Source: Yuukianura sp. NJ FZ-2021 (lineage: Eukaryota). From it: 64,000 nucleotides of DNA. The notes beneath the pieces are model-generated. The model was not told where the DNA came from and did not search any database. It worked only from the letters and a program-made list of their open reading frames with translations. The first letter of the stretch is position 1; each line of letters begins with the position of its first letter. Where the stretch lies: NCBI GenBank assembly GCA_046563655.1, contig JAJCTO010000010.1:1116001-1180000 (forward strand), in the 5' to 3' direction. The position numbers and the translations under genes are program-made. Positions 1-11,387 of the stretch are shown here, one piece after another.

Positions 1-441
1 TACGTAAAGTTCATAAATGATTATCTCAATTTAGGTCACATGGAACAAGTCCCACCATCGGAAGAAGGAGAACAATTCAAGGATGGATCCATCCAGACGT
101 ACTACCTCCCACATCACTTTGTTTTGAAGGAGGATAGTACAACAACCAAACTTCGTGTGGTTCTTGATGGTTCGTGTGAATCAAATTCAGGTTTGTCACT
201 GAACAAGTGCCTAATGGTAGGGCCAACAATTCAACCTGATTTATTTACACATCTAATCAAATTCCGATTGGATCCAATCGTTTTAAAGGCTGATATAACA
301 AAAATGTATCGCCAGTTCTCAGTTTTAGATTCAGACTCCAACTTCCAGCGGATCCTATGGCGGCCAACTCCTGATCAGCCTATTCGGGAGTACAGGCTCA
401 AAACAATCACCTATGGAACCTCTTCGGCTCCATTCGGTGCC
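1..441 (+). pseudogene. pol: Bel/Pao pol, N-terminal part of the RT domain (open from the window start, cut by the insertion)
   Basis: ORF 40..459 gives YLPHH/KLRVVLDGS/ADITKMYRQ/YGTSSAPFGA. Removing 442-6250 restores an in-frame SSAPF-GA-IRALNQLA. Confidence 0.92.
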
Positions 442-1898
442 AGTCAATGGTTCGGGTGACCAAAGCCCCACCCCTTACCCCCTTTTCTTTTGCACAAAAC
501 GTTTTTCTTTTTGCACTTTTGTGCAACTTTTTATATTTGGTTTTGGCCCATGCTCATTGTATGTTTAAGAGTTTAATTAGTTTTTAAAAATAATTTTAAA
601 AAATATTTTTTTCTTTTGCACTTTTGTGCAACTTTTTATATTTGGTTTTTTGTCCATGCTCACTGTATGTTTAAGAGTTTAATTAGTTTTTAAAAATAAT
701 TATAAAAAATATTTTGCGGTTTTGTGGTTTGAGTCCAAGCACCTACCCAAAAATTCCTCTCTTCTTTGCACTTTTATGCAACTTTTTAGTTTTTTTTATA
801 GCTTGGGCTCATTTTAAACTTGGCATTTAATTTGGTTTTTAATTTTGTTTGTGTTTGAAAATGCTACTTTCCCGGAAGCTATTTTTCTCGGAAACATTTT
901 TAAATAGTAAATTCTCAAAAATGTTTCTTTCTATACATCAGGTTCCTTTCTAAACAGCTTTCGAAAATATTTTGAGATGACACAAGACCTAACTTACAGG
1001 TTCGTCTTGCACGTTTGCGGTTTTTTAATTGCCGATTACTTCCGTGTCGCGATCGCTAATTAGAACGCACGAAAAATGTTAACGTAAACGAAAAAGGTAA
1101 GCAATTAAAACTTTTACCTTTCGAGTTGATTGACTCGTGTACAAATTACAAACTTGACCGTAATTGGCAAGCACGAGGGCATTTTCGGGAAGTCTGCCAG
1201 TAGCTTTTCGCCAAGTGAATAACGTTTTACTCACCGCAAAACCATTACGTGACCATTTCAATGCTCCAATTTGACTGGTGAGCGTTTCCGACACAGTACA
1301 CTTACTACTATGCTAGTTATTTATGACCCGAGGAGTTGGTGGTACGCAAGCTTCTGCGACACCCAATGGTCACTTTAGTACTGGTTTTGTCCAAAATCAC
1401 AAATCTCACCGATTCATCTCTGCCGGTAGACTTCAACCTCGCCTGTGATTGGTCGGCGAGTCCTTCAAAACTGCCCTTCCTCAAAAATGGGCGTTGGAAT
1501 CCGTTTATCGCAATTTGATTTGCCAATGACGTTCAAATCGCTGGATTTTAAAAACAAGGGCGTCAACCCGGCTTCTGATTGGTCGACGAGTCGTTGCCCC
1601 AGTGGGCGTGGCCAGTACAATGCTGAAATTTGATTGGTCAAAATCCCAACCCGTATACCAGTTTCAGCCAATTTGCGTCCAACTCGCTTCTGATTGGTCG
1701 ACGAGTCGTTGCCCCAGTGGGCGTGGCCAGTACAATGCTGAAATTTGATTGGTCAAAATCCCAAACGCTATACCAATTTTCAGCCAATGGGAGTGCAGCT
1801 CGCTTCTGATTGGTCCACATGTCGTTCAAAAAATGGCCTAGTCCCACGAATGGGAGTGGCTGGCCGCAAAATGTTTCAAAATCTTCTGCCATTTTTTT
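442..1898 (+). repeat. Left TIR of element 1 (~1457 bp)
   Basis: Near-perfect reverse complement of 4788-6244. The ORF track shows identical mirrored peptides (e.g. 1079..1294- and 5392..5607+). Contains internal ~105-bp and ~115-bp tandem duplications. Confidence 0.95.
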
Positions 1899-2171
1899 TC
1901 TTGAAAGTGCAATAAAATAAACTCTTGAAATTATAAAAAGTGGTCTCGAGACATCATTTGTTGCTGAACCCTCGCGTATATACAGCATGCTGTGTGCGCC
2001 AGAACAACTGATAAACAGATAAACTGGCCAGTTTGGAAAACATTTAATCTTCACTGCTTTACCAAACCCTACTCATTTGTAGTTTGACGAGCAACCGGAA
2101 AGGACGTGCTGGCAAAGCAGGAAGCAAAAGTGACCACGAGGGTGTTTTTGACTGAGAGCGACGCTACTACA

Positions 2172-2729
2172 ATGGATTCTGCGCAAGTTACGCCAAAGAA
2201 TAGCAAGAAAGCGAAAAACGAGGATGGAAATCAGGTAATGGGCTTCCTCTCAAATGAAGAATTGCAAGTTCTCGAATCGGCTAATCGAAGAAACGCGAGA
2301 GTTGAGGATGACGATTCTGACGGACGGTCCAAGTTACCTCGCAAGTTGCAAAAAACGTCGCTGCAACATGGAAGAATGTCGCCATTTGAACAGCATATCC
2401 CACAGCGAATGTCGCCAAGTGACACAGAAACACGCAAAACATTGAAAAAATCACGCCGCAAAGGGTCAAAGTCTATGAAATTGACGCGAAAACGAAAAAA
2501 AGGGGGAGGAAACAAGGAGAGAATCGAATCCCCACGCTATAGTGGAGCAGAATCTGATACAGAATCAACAAAAAAGAACAAAAAACATGAAAAAGTCATC
2601 CAAACTGACGTTGAAGGAAAGACATCAACTAGAAAAACTTCAAAAAGGAAACCAAAAAGGCGACAACCTGGGCTTAAATATGCTACTTCGTATAAGAATG
2701 GTGCAAACGGTACCCTGCTCCTGCGGTGA
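2172..2729 (+). CDS. Lys/Arg-rich low-complexity protein of element 1 (185 aa from the ATG at 2172); possible DNA-binding/core protein
   Basis: The frame 2106..2729 is open and its first ATG is at 2172. Basic clusters: KKSRRKGSK, RKRKKGGG, RKTSKRKPKRR. It occupies the same position (upstream of MCP) as a basic ORF in element 2. Function is inferred only. Confidence 0.55.
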   Translation: MDSAQVTPKNSKKAKNEDGNQVMGFLSNEELQVLESANRRNARVEDDDSDGRSKLPRKLQKTSLQHGRMSPFEQHIPQRMSPSDTETRKTLKKSRRKGSKSMKLTRKRKKGGGNKERIESPRYSGAESDTESTKKNKKHEKVIQTDVEGKTSTRKTSKRKPKRRQPGLKYATSYKNGANGTLLLR

Positions 2730-3180
2730 AACCACTTGCTTCTACACATTTGTCATTAAGTATAGTGGAAATTCAACTATAAATTACCTACTATACTTAC
2801 CTAGACTACTATAAATAGGCATTATTAGCCAGTGTGGCGGCCAGTCGGCATGCGAAAGCCGAGGTGACAACACCTCTCCGCCAAAAAATTGTACAAAATT
2901 GTACGCTTAGTGAGCAGACTTGTCTTCAAACGGTCGCCAATCGGTATACAAAAGCCAGATTGAATACACTTTTCTGCCAAAAATTATCGAAAGTTGCACA
3001 TTTGAATCCAAACGGTCGCCAGTCGGCATCGGCACGTCTTAACGACCACATCTCTCGACGTATTTTGGACAACAATTGGCTCTACATTGTTGAGGTTCAG
3101 CGAGATTTAGCAAATAAAAATACCCCAACAGCAGCCTCACAGACTCGCTTGACCTAAAACCGGGCTAACTAATCGCGGAA

Positions 3181-4490
3181 ATGGAGCTTACCGTTCCAAT
3201 GCACTCGAAGCTGGTTGACACAAATGCCAAATTGGACTTGTTTTCCATGCCAGATACCGAAGTGTCTTGTCTGCTGGACAATTATCTCAAAGTGGAGTCG
3301 TACTATGCCACAAAAGGAAATGAAAATCCGATTCATTTTTCGTTTTGGCAAATGGCGTACCTGGATTTGTCGGATTCGTTCTTCAGATTTGTAGTTTCCA
3401 TTCGAAAAAAAGATGGTTCGGCACTCGGTGACACAGACAAGGTTGCTCCGGAAAATCTGTTCTTTCACACATTTATCGAAGATTTTAAAGTTGTTGTCAA
3501 CAACACGCAAGTCGTGGCCCAGGGGCCAAGGGCATACCCGTACGAGGCTTGGATATTTACTCAACTTCAGCAAGGGGTTGGTTCGAAAAGCAGTACATTG
3601 TCCAGGGAAATTTATTTTCCAGGCAATGTTATGGATAACTTTGACGACACAAACCCAAGCTTCAAAGCTCGACTTGAGCTGGCAAAGAAAAGTAATCAAT
3701 TTGAGATGATTGGACGCCCGATGCTTGGAATTTTCACTTCGCCGAGACTTTTCCCGCCAGGAACACGGTTCAATTTTCAAATTCAACGGACCAACCCAGA
3801 GTTTTGCTTGTGCGGACCATCCTCTACAACTGAATACAAGGTTGAAGTGGAGTGTGCAGACTTTTACGTTCGCCAATATCGTCTAAATGAAAAGTTGACT
3901 ACTCAACTTCGCACCGCATTTGCAAAAAAGAAAATGGCATAGATTCTTTTGACAACGCCGTCAAGTTCTCTACGTATGTACCCGTTGGGGTCACCGAATT
4001 TGAAATTCCAAAAATTATGCCTACGGCAATTCGGCCAAAGCTCCTCTGCATTGCAATTACGACAAGCGAAGTCGTCAACGGTAAACTCGAAAAGTCACCG
4101 TTTAATTTCAAACCACATGGAATCAAAAACATGAAGCTCAAATTCGAAGGAAAGAGAGTTGTTTTTGAGGAAATGAACTTTGAAAACAAAAATTACATGC
4201 TGGCCTACAACAACATGTGCAAGTTAATTTCACATGGAACCGACGGAAACGACATTACATATGACCAATTTGTAAAGGGCAATGCAATTTTTGTGTTTGA
4301 CACTCAAAACTTGCGATCAGACACGTTCAACCCTGGAAAAATTGGACAATTTGCATTGGGCCTTAGTTTTGACGAAAAGACAAAGGAAGAGCTAATGGTT
4401 ATCACCATTGCCGTGGAAGACGTTACACTGGAAATTGGTGAAGGTGGACTAACGCGTTTCGCATCTACGAAAATCATTTTTTTCAAGTAA
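3181..4490 (+). pseudogene. Polinton/Maverick-type major capsid protein (PY, double jelly-roll), ~436 aa, with one frameshift near 3940
   Basis: Motifs LDLFSMPDT, YLDLSDS, APENLFFHTF, YPYEAWI and SPFNFKP match the Maverick MCP pattern (ELDLF..P.T, YIDL, PVNN.LHSLF, YPY.AY, NPFNF). After the TAG at 3940-3942, the -1 frame reads DSFDNAVKFSTYVPVGVTEFEIPKI into ORF 4017..4490, collinear with the uninterrupted region of the element 2 homolog. Confidence 0.85.
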
Positions 4491-4787
4491 TTTTTTTTCA
4501 ACTTAAAATTTCAAAGCGTTCCTTCATATGTATTCCAATTACAATACTTTATACAATTCATAATCTTGTGTAATGTTTGGGATAAGGTTTGCTTGAAAAT
4601 AAAAACCAGCATCATTAAAGCTAAGCAAAACCAATAGTCTAACCTTGGATTTATTTAAAACTAGTTTTTAAGCGAATCGTTGATACGGCGGAGTATTTCT
4701 GAGCCACATTAAGTTGAGTTTTTGTGGACCGGCTGTGGTTTGCATCTCATTTTTTCATGATTCCACGAGTTTGTTGCATTCACTAGC

Positions 4788-6244
4788 AAAAAAATGGCAG
4801 AGGGTTTTGAAACATTTTGCGACCAGCCACTCCCATTCGTGGGACTAGGCCATTTTTTGAACGACATGTGGACCAATCAGAAGCGAGCTGCACTCCCATT
4901 GGCTGAAAATTGGTATAGCGTTTGGGATTTTGACCAATCAAATTTCAGCATTGTACTGGCCACGCCCACTGGGGCAACGACTCGTCGACCAATCAGAAGC
5001 GAGTTGGACGCAAATTGGCTGAAACTGGTATACGGGTTGGGATTTTGACCAATCAAATTTCAGCATTGTACTGGCCACGCCCACTGGGGCAACGACTCGT
5101 CGACCAATCAGAAGCCGGGTTGACGCCCTTGTTTTTAAAATCCAGCGATTTGAACGTCATTGGCAAATCAAATTGCGATAAACGGATTCCAACGCCCATT
5201 TTTGAGGAAGGGCAGTTTTGAAGGACTCGCCGACCAATCACAGGCGAGGTTGAAGTCTACCGGCAGAGATGAATCGGTGAGATTTGTGATTTTGGACAAA
5301 ACCAGTACTAAAGTGACCATTGGGTGTCGCAGAAGCTTGCGTACCACCAACTCCTCGGGTCATAAATAACTAGCATAGTAGTAAGTGTACTGTGTCGGAA
5401 ACGCTCACCAGTCAAATTGGAGCATTGAAATGGTCACGTAATGGTTTTGCGGTGAGTAAAACGTTATTCACTTGGCGAAAAGCTACTGGCAGACTTCCCG
5501 AAAATGCCCTCGTGCTTGCCAATTACGGTCAAGTTTGTAATTTGTACACGAGTCAATCAACTCGAAAGGTAAAAGTTTTAATTGCTTACCTTTTTCGTTT
5601 ACGTTAACATTTTTCGTGCGTTCTAATTAGCGATCGCGACACGGAAGTAATCGGCAATTAAAAAACCGCAAACGTGCAAGACGAACCTGTAAGTTAGGTC
5701 TTGTGTCATCTCAAAATATTTTCGAAAGCTGTTTAGAAAGGAACCTGATGTATAGAAAGAAACATTTTTGAGAATTTACTATTTAAAAATGTTTCCGAGA
5801 AAAATAGCTTCCGGGAAAGTAGCATTTTCAAACACAAACAAAATTAAAAACCAAATTAAATGCCAAGTTTAAAATGAGCCCAAGCTATAAAAAACTAAAA
5901 AGTTGCATAAAAGTGCAAAGAAGAGAGGAATTTTTGGGTAGGTGCTTGGACTCAAACCACAAAACCGCAAAATATTTTTTATAATTATTTTTAAAAACTA
6001 ATTAAACTCTTAAACATACAGTGAGCATGGACAAAAAACCAAATATAAAAAGTTGCACAAAAGTGCAAAAAGAAAAAAAATATTTTTTAAAATTATTTTT
6101 AAAAACTAATTAAACTCTTAAACATACAATGAGCATGGGCCAAAACCAAATATAAAAAGTTGCACAAAAGTGCAAAAAGAAAAACGTTTTGTGCAAAAGA
6201 AAAGGGGGTAAGGGGGGGGGCTTTGGTCACCCGAACCATTGACT
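4788..6244 (-). repeat. Right TIR of element 1 (~1457 bp)
   Basis: Reverse complement of 442-1898, with a few mismatches mostly at the inner edge and in homopolymer runs. Confidence 0.95.
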
Positions 6245-8876
6245 GGTGCCATTCGGGCCCTAAACCAACTTGCTGTGGACGAAGGAGACCACTTTCCCTT
6301 GGCCAGGCAAGCAATAATTGAACGTTTTTATGTAGATGATTATCTAGGTGGTGACTCATCAGTTCCAAAAGTGGTGGAAACTTACCATCAATTGACCAAA
6401 GTACTCGCTCGTGGACAACTGTCAATCACAAAGTGGACTTCAAACTCTCCGGAAGTCCTACAGGAGATTCCTTCACACCTAGTGGAGATCTCCACTCAAT
6501 CACTGGCGGAGGGATCAAGCACAAAGGCATTGGGCGTTCAATGGACTCCAAATTCTGATCTTCTCCATTTCACTGGATTTAGGTTTGACCAAACCTCGGT
6601 AATAACAAAACGTACCATTTTAAGTGACATTGCAAAGCTATTTGATCCACTGGGGCTACTCGCTCCATTCGTCGTGTCGGTAAAAGTTTTCTTTCAGAGT
6701 CTTTGGACCTTGGGAATTGGTTGGGATGATAACCTGCCAGAGGACTTGGTAGAAAGGTGGACCCACCTTGGCTCATCATTGTCATGTCTTAGTGACATTG
6801 CCATTTCACGTTGTGTGATTACACCAAATTACCAACGAATGGAATTACATGGATTTTCGGATGCCTCCGAAAGAGCCTATTGTGCCGTGGTCTACCTCAG
6901 GACATTTAATAACGATCTACCAATATCACGAATTCTCACTTCCAAGACTAAAGTAGCTCCTGTCAAAGCACAGAGCATACCTAGGCTAGAACTTTGTGGT
7001 GCTTTGTTATTATCAAAACTAATTTCTGTTCTTTTGTCTAGTTTGGATCCAAACTGTCATGTCTACTGTTGGACTGACAGTGAAATTACTTTGCGGTGGA
7101 TCTCATCTTCTTCTCGTCCCATGGGTCCCATTCGTGGCCAATCGGGTTTCGCAAATCCAAGAGCTCACACCAGTCGAATCTTGGCATTTCATCCCAGGGA
7201 CACTCAACCCTGCCGACTGCGGAACAAGAGGGATCCCCCTTAGCGATCTCGTCAACAATCAGCTCTGGTGGAACGGACTCGAGTTTCTGTCAGAACTACA
7301 ATTACCTTCGTTCTCCAATTCACAAACACTCTCATCTGAGCATCTGAAGGAAGAACGTAAGGTCAAGGTCCTAACTATTCAAGTGTCTTTTCCCGTATTG
7401 AACAGGTACTCGTCATTTTTGCAACTCCTTCGTGTCATCGGGTCCCTTCTCGGGTTTATGCTGAGAGCTCAGCAGAAGTCGGCACCGATGCCACGCTCAG
7501 TCGAGTTCTACCGAATGGCCACTCGGAAGGTCATTCAACTGTCACAGCAGGAAGACTTCCAACCGGAGATCCAGTCTCTGACTAAAAATGGTAAAGTCAA
7601 TCAGTCGAGTTCGTTGCTCTCTCTTTCCCCATTTTTGGATTCGGATGGATCTCTTCGTGTCGGTGGTCGGCTCCACTTGGCATCGCTCCCAGAAGCTGCC
7701 AAACACCCTCTGATTATTCACGGAAAGTCCTCAGTGACTAAACTACTCGTCCAGCATTACCACCACAAGCATCATCATGCTGGGAATCGTCTTCTGCTCT
7801 CACTTCTCCGCCAGGACTATTGGATTGTCCACGCACGAGATTTGATCAAATCTGTCATCTCTCGCTGCCTCAGATGTAAGCTGTTGAGACAAAAGACGGC
7901 AACACAACTCATGGGTACACTGCCTCAACCAAGAGTCACGATGTCACCTACGTTTCATCACACTGGTTTGGACTACGCTGGTCCATTTACACTCCAATCT
8001 GTCAAAGGACGAGGTCAGAAACAATTTAAAGGCTACTTCTGCATCTTCATTTGCCTCTCCACGAAAGCCGTTCATGTGGAATTCGGAACCGAACTATCCA
8101 CCGAATCCTTCCTCGCGACTTTCAAACGGTTTGTGTCACGTCGGGGTAACCCACTACATTTGTATTCTGATTGTGGTACCAATTTTGTAGGTGCTAATAA
8201 CGAGTTGATGGATTTGGTGAACTCTCACCAGTTCAACTCGGAAGTTTCTTCTTACTTTGCAGAGTCACAAACCCACTGGCATTTCAATCCTCCGTCTGCT
8301 CCTCATCATGGTGGAATCTGGGAGGCAGCAGTACGTTCTGTTAAATTCCATTTGAAGAGGATCATTGGGACCACCACTTTAACGCTTGAGGAATTTGCTA
8401 CAATTCTTTGCCAAGCGGAAGCAGCGCTGAACTCCCGACCTCTTCTACCGATGTCCAGTGACACATCCGATTTAGGTGTGATCACACCTGGCCATTTCCT
8501 CGTCGGCAGACCTCTCCTCGCCGCTCCTCAACCAGATCATGCTGATGTCAAGGTCAATCGCCTCTCACGTTGGCAGTTGCAGGAGAAGCTATTCCAAACG
8601 TTCTGGAAGGTCTGGTCTCTCGAATACCTCACATCCCTTCAACAACGAGTCAAGTGGACCAAGAAAACCAACAATTTGACAATCGGAGATCTCGTGGCCA
8701 TCAAAGATGACAATTTACCCCCTCTAAAGTGGAAACTGGCTCGCGTCATCAACGTTCATCCTGGTCCAGACGGACTAGTCAGAGTCGTCACTCTTCGTAC
8801 GGCCCTCGGGGAACTCCAACGCCCAATCGTCAAAATTGTCCCACTTTTATCTAACGACGAGTTATCTTCAACTTAG
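6245..8876 (+). pseudogene. pol: Bel/Pao pol, remainder (RT YVDD, RNase H, HHCC + DDE integrase), with one +1 frameshift near 7118-7121
   Basis: ORF 6239..7243 reads to ...WTDSEITLRWISSSSRP and continues as WVPFVANRVSQIQE in ORF 7059..8876 (cgt ccc a tgg gtc: one extra base). Integrase motifs: HHKHHHAG..CLRC, DYAGP, SDCGTNF, WEAAVR. Confidence 0.93.
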
Positions 8877-9274
8877 TTTCGTATTTTACTTTAATTTTTA
8901 ATTCATTTTAATTTTAATTTATCTTAATTTTAAGGCTATGCTAGGTTAAGTCATCTTTTCATTTTAGTTAAGATCTTAACTTTAAGTTTTCACAACATTT
9001 AATTTGTAATTTTAAGTTTAACTGATCGATTTATCAATCAGCATGTCAAAGAGTTTCCCACACATTTGTAAGCGGTTTGCTGAGGCCCTTTGGTTAGAAT
9101 CGCTTGAGCTGTAGGAGGTCACGCAAATTGGGTCTCCTTTTAGTTTTGACGGAGGACGAGGGTGACGTTTCGCACTGCCCGAATGACCCATCCGACCTAC
9201 AGTAAGAGTGATTTTGGCCGAGGACTTAGTAGTCCTTACAAATGTATAACGTATTTTTCCGACACGATCGTGTC

Positions 9275-9287
9275 AGGGGTGGCGGCA
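9275..9287 (+). promoter_or_regulatory. Polypurine tract of the Bel/Pao element
   Basis: AGGGGTGGCGGCA lies immediately before the TGT start of the putative LTR. Confidence 0.7.
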
Positions 9288-9738
9288 TGTTGGCGGGTAA
9301 ACCGACGGTTCATAATCTTAGGCTAATTTTACTTTACTTTTCTCATGCATTTTCAATTCTTAGAATAAGGTATTAGGTTATTTTTACTTAAAGTTACAGG
9401 CAGTAGAAACACTCGTTTCTTCCCTTCTAAACTTCTAACTTATACACACTAATTTACATTGTCTTCTCATTCTTGTTCTTTCTTTTACTAAGGATTAGGA
9501 ATACTCATTCCTCCCTTTACAATTGAATTCGCTTCGTAGCTTATAAATACTAGTGACACACAGTCACTCAGGGTTCAGTCTACTTTCAGCTCAGTAACCA
9601 TCTTCTTTCATTCTTACATACATTCAATAAAACAGAATAACGTAAATTCTCGATGTCTTGATCTCTCTGTGGCTTCACCACAAGTCATTCACTTGCCCTC
9701 CCACATTTCTCATCTGAGGTCACGGAGGTCAACGAACA
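9288..9738 (+). repeat. 3' LTR of the Bel/Pao element (~451 bp)
   Basis: Starts TGTTGG after the PPT and ends ...GAACA where the satellite (CAACGTATTTTACC) begins. Contains TATAAA (9542-9547), TCAGT (9575-9579) and AATAAA (9626-9631). The partner LTR is not in the window, so the end is uncertain by ~2 bp. Confidence 0.8.
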
Positions 9739-11075
9739 CAACGTATTTTACCACAGAGAAATCCCCGCTGCTACAAGTGGCAGCTCTGACTGACATACAA
9801 AGTTAAAGTAGCCACCATAGCCTCCATGAGAAGGTGCAAACAGATACTTTGAAAGCAATCTTGTACTAGAGAACGGTGTGATCAACAAAATGTGTAATGT
9901 CTACTCATTTTCGAAAATTTGTTGAATTAGAAACGGGGTGATGAACTGCTCGGCACTCTTTTCTGTTATCGTCGAAGGAATATTATCGGTACAACGTATT
10001 TTACCACAGAGAAATCCCCGCTGCTACAAGTGGCAGCTCTGACTGACATACAAATTTATAGTAGCCACCATAGCCTCCATGAGAAGGAGCAAACAGATAT
10101 TTTGAAAGCATTCTTGTACAAGAGAACGGTGTGATTAACAAAATGTGTAATTTCTACTCATTTTCGAAAATTTGTTGATTTAGTTGCTTGGTTATGAACT
10201 GCTTGGCACTCTTTTCTGTTATCCTCGAAGGAAGATTATCGGTACAACGTATTTTACCACAGAGAAATCCCCGCTGCTACAAGTGGCAGCTCTGACTGAC
10301 ATACAAAGTTAAAGTAGCCGCCATAGCCTCCATGAGAAGGTGCAAACAGATACTCTGAAAGCAATCTTGTACTAGAGAACGGTGTGATCAACAAAATGTG
10401 TAATGTCTACTCATTTTCCAAAATTTGTTGAATTAGAAACGGGGTTATGAACTGCTCGGCACTCTTTTCTGTTATCGTCGAAGGAAGATTATCGGTACAA
10501 CGTATTTTACCACAGAGAAATCCCCGCTGCTACAAGTGGCAGCTCTGACTGACATACAAAGTTAAAGTAGCCACCATAGCCTCCATGAGAAGGTGCAAAC
10601 AGATACTTTGAAAGCAATCTTGTACTAGAGAACGGTGTGATCAACAAAATGTGTAATGTCTACTCATTTTCGAAAATTTGTTGAATTAGAAACGGGGTTA
10701 TGAACTGCTCGGCACTCTTTTCTGTTATCGTCGAAGGAAGATTATCGGTACAACGTATTTTACCACAGAGAAATCCCCGCTGCTACAAGTGGCAGCTCTG
10801 ACTGACATACAAATTTATAGTAGCCACCATAGCCTCCATGAGAAGGAGCAAACAGATATTTTGAAAGCATTCTTGTACAAGAGAACGGTGTGATTAACAA
10901 AATGTGTAATTTCTACTCATTTTCGAAAATTTGTTAATTTAGTTGCTTGGTTATGAACTGCTTGGCACTCTTTTCTGTTATCCTCGAAGGAAGATTATCG
11001 GTACAACGTATTTTACCACAGAGAAACCCCGCTGCTACAAGTATCAAGTCTGACTGATATCCAAATTTATACGAA

Positions 11076-11387
11076 TCTACGAAATCTGTCCTCATCAGTT
11101 CTGAATCAGAAAATCTAAATCGAGACAATGGAATGAGAATTAACCCTATTTGGAAATCTCTCCTCGTACCTATGGCAAAGAAACTACAAAAACGAAAATG
11201 TCTCACGTCAACAAACACCAATTAAATTTCGCACAAGTTTAGTTCGTAGTTTTTTCCTTAAAAAATTTCTTTAAAAGTTTTTATTCCCTGAAGAAGGACA
11301 TAGATCATTGTCCGAAAGCTCGGATCTTTTTGAATAAAGATTTAAAAGTTAAAACATCAACTGGCGATATTCCGATCTAAAATGCAA
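11076..11387 (+). repeat. 5' pseudo-LTR of the PLE
   Basis: Imperfect direct repeat of 13735-14043; ends at TCTAAAATGCAA, overlapping the ORF start codon. Confidence 0.9.
11285..11324 (+). ncRNA. Minimal type I hammerhead ribozyme motif (5' pLTR)
   Basis: TCC-CTGAAGA-A-GGACA-tagatcat-TGTCC-GAAA-GC-TC-GGA: core boxes CUGANGA and GAAA, 5-bp stem II, short stem I (TCC/GGA), vestigial stem III. Such motifs are established in PLE pLTRs. Confidence 0.8.

Larger units (their letters stand above)
442..6244 (+). mobile_element. Mini Polinton/Maverick-like element 1 (5803 bp), non-autonomous; basic ORF + major capsid gene only
   Basis: Ends AGTCAATGGTTCGGGTGACC...GGTCACCCGAACCATTGACT are exact reverse complements. 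6-bp TSD GGTGCC at 436-441 and 6245-6250. Contains a Maverick-type capsid ORF. No recognisable pPolB, integrase, ATPase or protease ORF inside. Confidence 0.9.
1..9738 (+). mobile_element. Bel/Pao LTR retrotransposon, 3' portion (RT-RNaseH-integrase, 3' UTR, PPT, 3' LTR); 5' part lies outside the window; interrupted by the TIR element at 442-6244
   Basis: Pao-type motifs in order: YYLPHHFVLK..TTKLRVVLDGS, ADITKMYRQ, TYGTSSAPF, FYVDD, LHGFSDASERAY, WTDSEITL, GLDYAGP, YSDCGTNF, GGIWEAAVRSVK. Followed by a purine-rich tract and a TGT...ACA segment that abuts the 253-bp satellite. Confidence 0.95.

Noticed and set aside
1079..1900. Short mirrored ORFs in the TIRs of element 1 (also 4794-5607) and element 2 (47160-48368, 52130-53360)
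   Set aside because: Overlapping in several frames, mostly non-ATG starts and no recognisable motifs; the duplication is explained by the inverted repeat.
2834..3157. 107-aa ORF between the basic ORF and MCP
   Set aside because: GTG start, no internal Met, no recognisable motif and no clear counterpart in element 2; more likely 5' UTR or intergenic.
3169..3876. 235-aa antisense ORF over the MCP gene, and other antisense ORFs over pol, PLE, LINE and penton
   Set aside because: Shadow frames of real coding sequence with no independent motifs.
3924..3930. A-AAA-AAG as a programmed -1 frameshift site in the element 1 MCP
   Set aside because: It is in the right phase, but the zero-frame KKKMA aligns better to the homolog KNKVA than the shifted KKENG does, placing the lesion at ~3940. 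The homolog is continuous here, and this heptamer is mainly efficient in bacteria.
442..6244. Foldback/MULE or other cut-and-paste DNA transposon carrying a captured host gene
   Set aside because: The 6-bp TSD, AG...CT termini and Maverick-type capsid ORF fit Polinton/Maverick; MULEs typically give 9-11 bp TSDs and no transposase is present.
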